Source: Chrysemys picta bellii (lineage: Eukaryota). From it: a stretch of DNA of 64,000 nucleotides. This document shows, piece after piece, positions 62,415-64,000 of this stretch (position 1 is its first letter; each line of letters begins with the position of its first letter). The stretch spans positions 26,722,001 to 26,786,000 of the forward strand of contig NC_088807.1 in NCBI RefSeq assembly GCF_011386835.1, in the 5' to 3' direction. The notes under the pieces are model-generated. The model worked only from the letters and a program-made list of their open reading frames with translations, was not told where the DNA came from and ran no database searches. The translations under genes were made by a program, and so were the position numbers.

Positions 62415-62975
62415 CAAATGGGCAATGGCGGCCCAGGCAGGAGTACCGGGAAAAGGGATCTGGGGCTGTCAGTGGATCACAAGCTAAATATGAGTCAATA
62501 AGGCTACACTGCGGGGGAGCCAATCTCGTGCTGGGCTGTGTCAGCAGGAGTGTCGCAGGCCCGACACCAGCAGTGATTCTGCCCCCCGCTCACAAGGCCC
62601 CGGCTGCAGGCCTTGTGTCCAGAGCTGGGCCCCGCGGTTCAGGAAAGACCTGGGCAAAGTGGAGACCGTCCAGAGAACAAAACACGGATCCGAGGGCTAG
62701 AAAACGTGGCGCTATGCAGGAAGACTGAAGCCCCTGGGTTTTAGTTTGGAGAAGAGAGGCTTTGGGGGGCGTTAGGGAAAACTTCCTGTCAGGGTGGCTA
62801 AGCGCTGGAACAAATCGCCCCGGGGGGGCTGTGGGGGCTTTTAAAAGCAGGTTGGACAAACCCTTGTCAGGGATGGGATGGGCTGGGCTGGATGATCCTT
62901 AGCCCTGCCCTAAGTGCAGGGGACCGGACTGGAGACCCCTTGAGGTCCCTTCCAGTCCTATGATTTGATTCTATG
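62415..62975 (+). mobile_element. Degraded CR1 3' fragment in an ATP6AP1 intron
   Basis: GGATCACAAGCTAAATATGAGTCAA, TTTGGAGAAGAGAAG-like segment, GCAGGTTGGACAAAC, and the 3' end GAGGTCCCTTCCAGTCCTATGATT...CTATG. Confidence 0.8.
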
Positions 62976-63484
62976 TCCCCCTGTGGGGGTCCCCTTACCT
63001 GGCCTCTGGGCCCCCTGAAATACAGGGAGCCCTACAAGGTCCCAGGGGGTCCCCCTGCCTGGCCTCTGGGCCCCCCAAATACCCTTTGGCCCTAAAGATT
63101 CCCGTCTTCCTGCCCCAGTGAACCCCACAACACCCCTGCCCCCCAAGTACCTCGGCCTTCTACTGTCCCCCCCACAATGCACTTATCTGTCTTGCTCCTA
63201 CCCCGCTGTGCTCGTGGGGCTCAGCCTGGGGGTTCTGGCCTGGGGCAGCAGCTGGGTGCTTCCGCCTGTTGCCAGGTGGGTTGGGGGTCTGTGGGGGAGC
63301 CTCCCGACTGCTGGGGTGTCTGGGGTCCCCAGCTCCCTGGGGACTATGGGGGCAATTACCTTGGTGGGGGGCAGCCCCACAGGGCTCCCAGAATCCAGCC
63401 CGGGCCCTGTCACTGGGGGGGTGGGAGGGGGAGGAGGTTGCTCCTGCTTGTCCTCTCCCCTCACAGCCCCTCTGTAAGGGGAAG

Positions 63485-63984
63485 NNNNNNNNNNNNNNNN
63501 NNNNNNNNNNNNNNNNNNNNNNNNNNNNNNNNNNNNNNNNNNNNNNNNNNNNNNNNNNNNNNNNNNNNNNNNNNNNNNNNNNNNNNNNNNNNNNNNNNNN
63601 NNNNNNNNNNNNNNNNNNNNNNNNNNNNNNNNNNNNNNNNNNNNNNNNNNNNNNNNNNNNNNNNNNNNNNNNNNNNNNNNNNNNNNNNNNNNNNNNNNNN
63701 NNNNNNNNNNNNNNNNNNNNNNNNNNNNNNNNNNNNNNNNNNNNNNNNNNNNNNNNNNNNNNNNNNNNNNNNNNNNNNNNNNNNNNNNNNNNNNNNNNNN
63801 NNNNNNNNNNNNNNNNNNNNNNNNNNNNNNNNNNNNNNNNNNNNNNNNNNNNNNNNNNNNNNNNNNNNNNNNNNNNNNNNNNNNNNNNNNNNNNNNNNNN
63901 NNNNNNNNNNNNNNNNNNNNNNNNNNNNNNNNNNNNNNNNNNNNNNNNNNNNNNNNNNNNNNNNNNNNNNNNNNNNNNNNNNNN
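63485..63984. other. Assembly gap (500 N)
   Basis: N run. Confidence 0.99.
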
Positions 63985-64000
63985 ACCCTGGGGGGCTGAG

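Overview
GC-rich vertebrate genomic DNA, almost certainly from a turtle (tortoise PolIII/SINE, PsCR1-type LINE and turtle Penelope repeats). It is syntenic with the human Xq28 block. Gene order: FLNA (+, exons 8-48, with many single-base homopolymer indels that look like long-read errors), then a repeat-filled spacer with no EMD, RPL10 (+, two intronic SNORA70 copies), a divergent secreted DNase1-like paralog (-), a young internally deleted class I ERV with an intact gag (+), GPI-type DNASE1L1 (-), TAFAZZIN (+, the 262-aa form lacking exon 5), and the first two exons of ATP6AP1 (+), ending in an assembly gap. Observations most worth follow-up: (1) the extra tandem DNase1L gene, which keeps all catalytic residues but has lost Ca2+/disulfide residues and the GPI tail; (2) a 95-bp-arm Penelope palindrome carrying intact hammerhead-ribozyme cores on both strands in a TAFAZZIN intron; (3) the gag-only provirus, whose leader carries two copies of its primer tRNA's T-arm; (4) FLNA RNA-processing elements (candidate poison exon 9N, Q/R editing duplex, newly duplicated in-frame 36-nt exons); (5) homotypic transcription-factor arrays at three promoters (8 octamers, 7 CRE-like sites, 4 CCAAT boxes). 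All coordinates were read by hand; no searches or folding computations were run.
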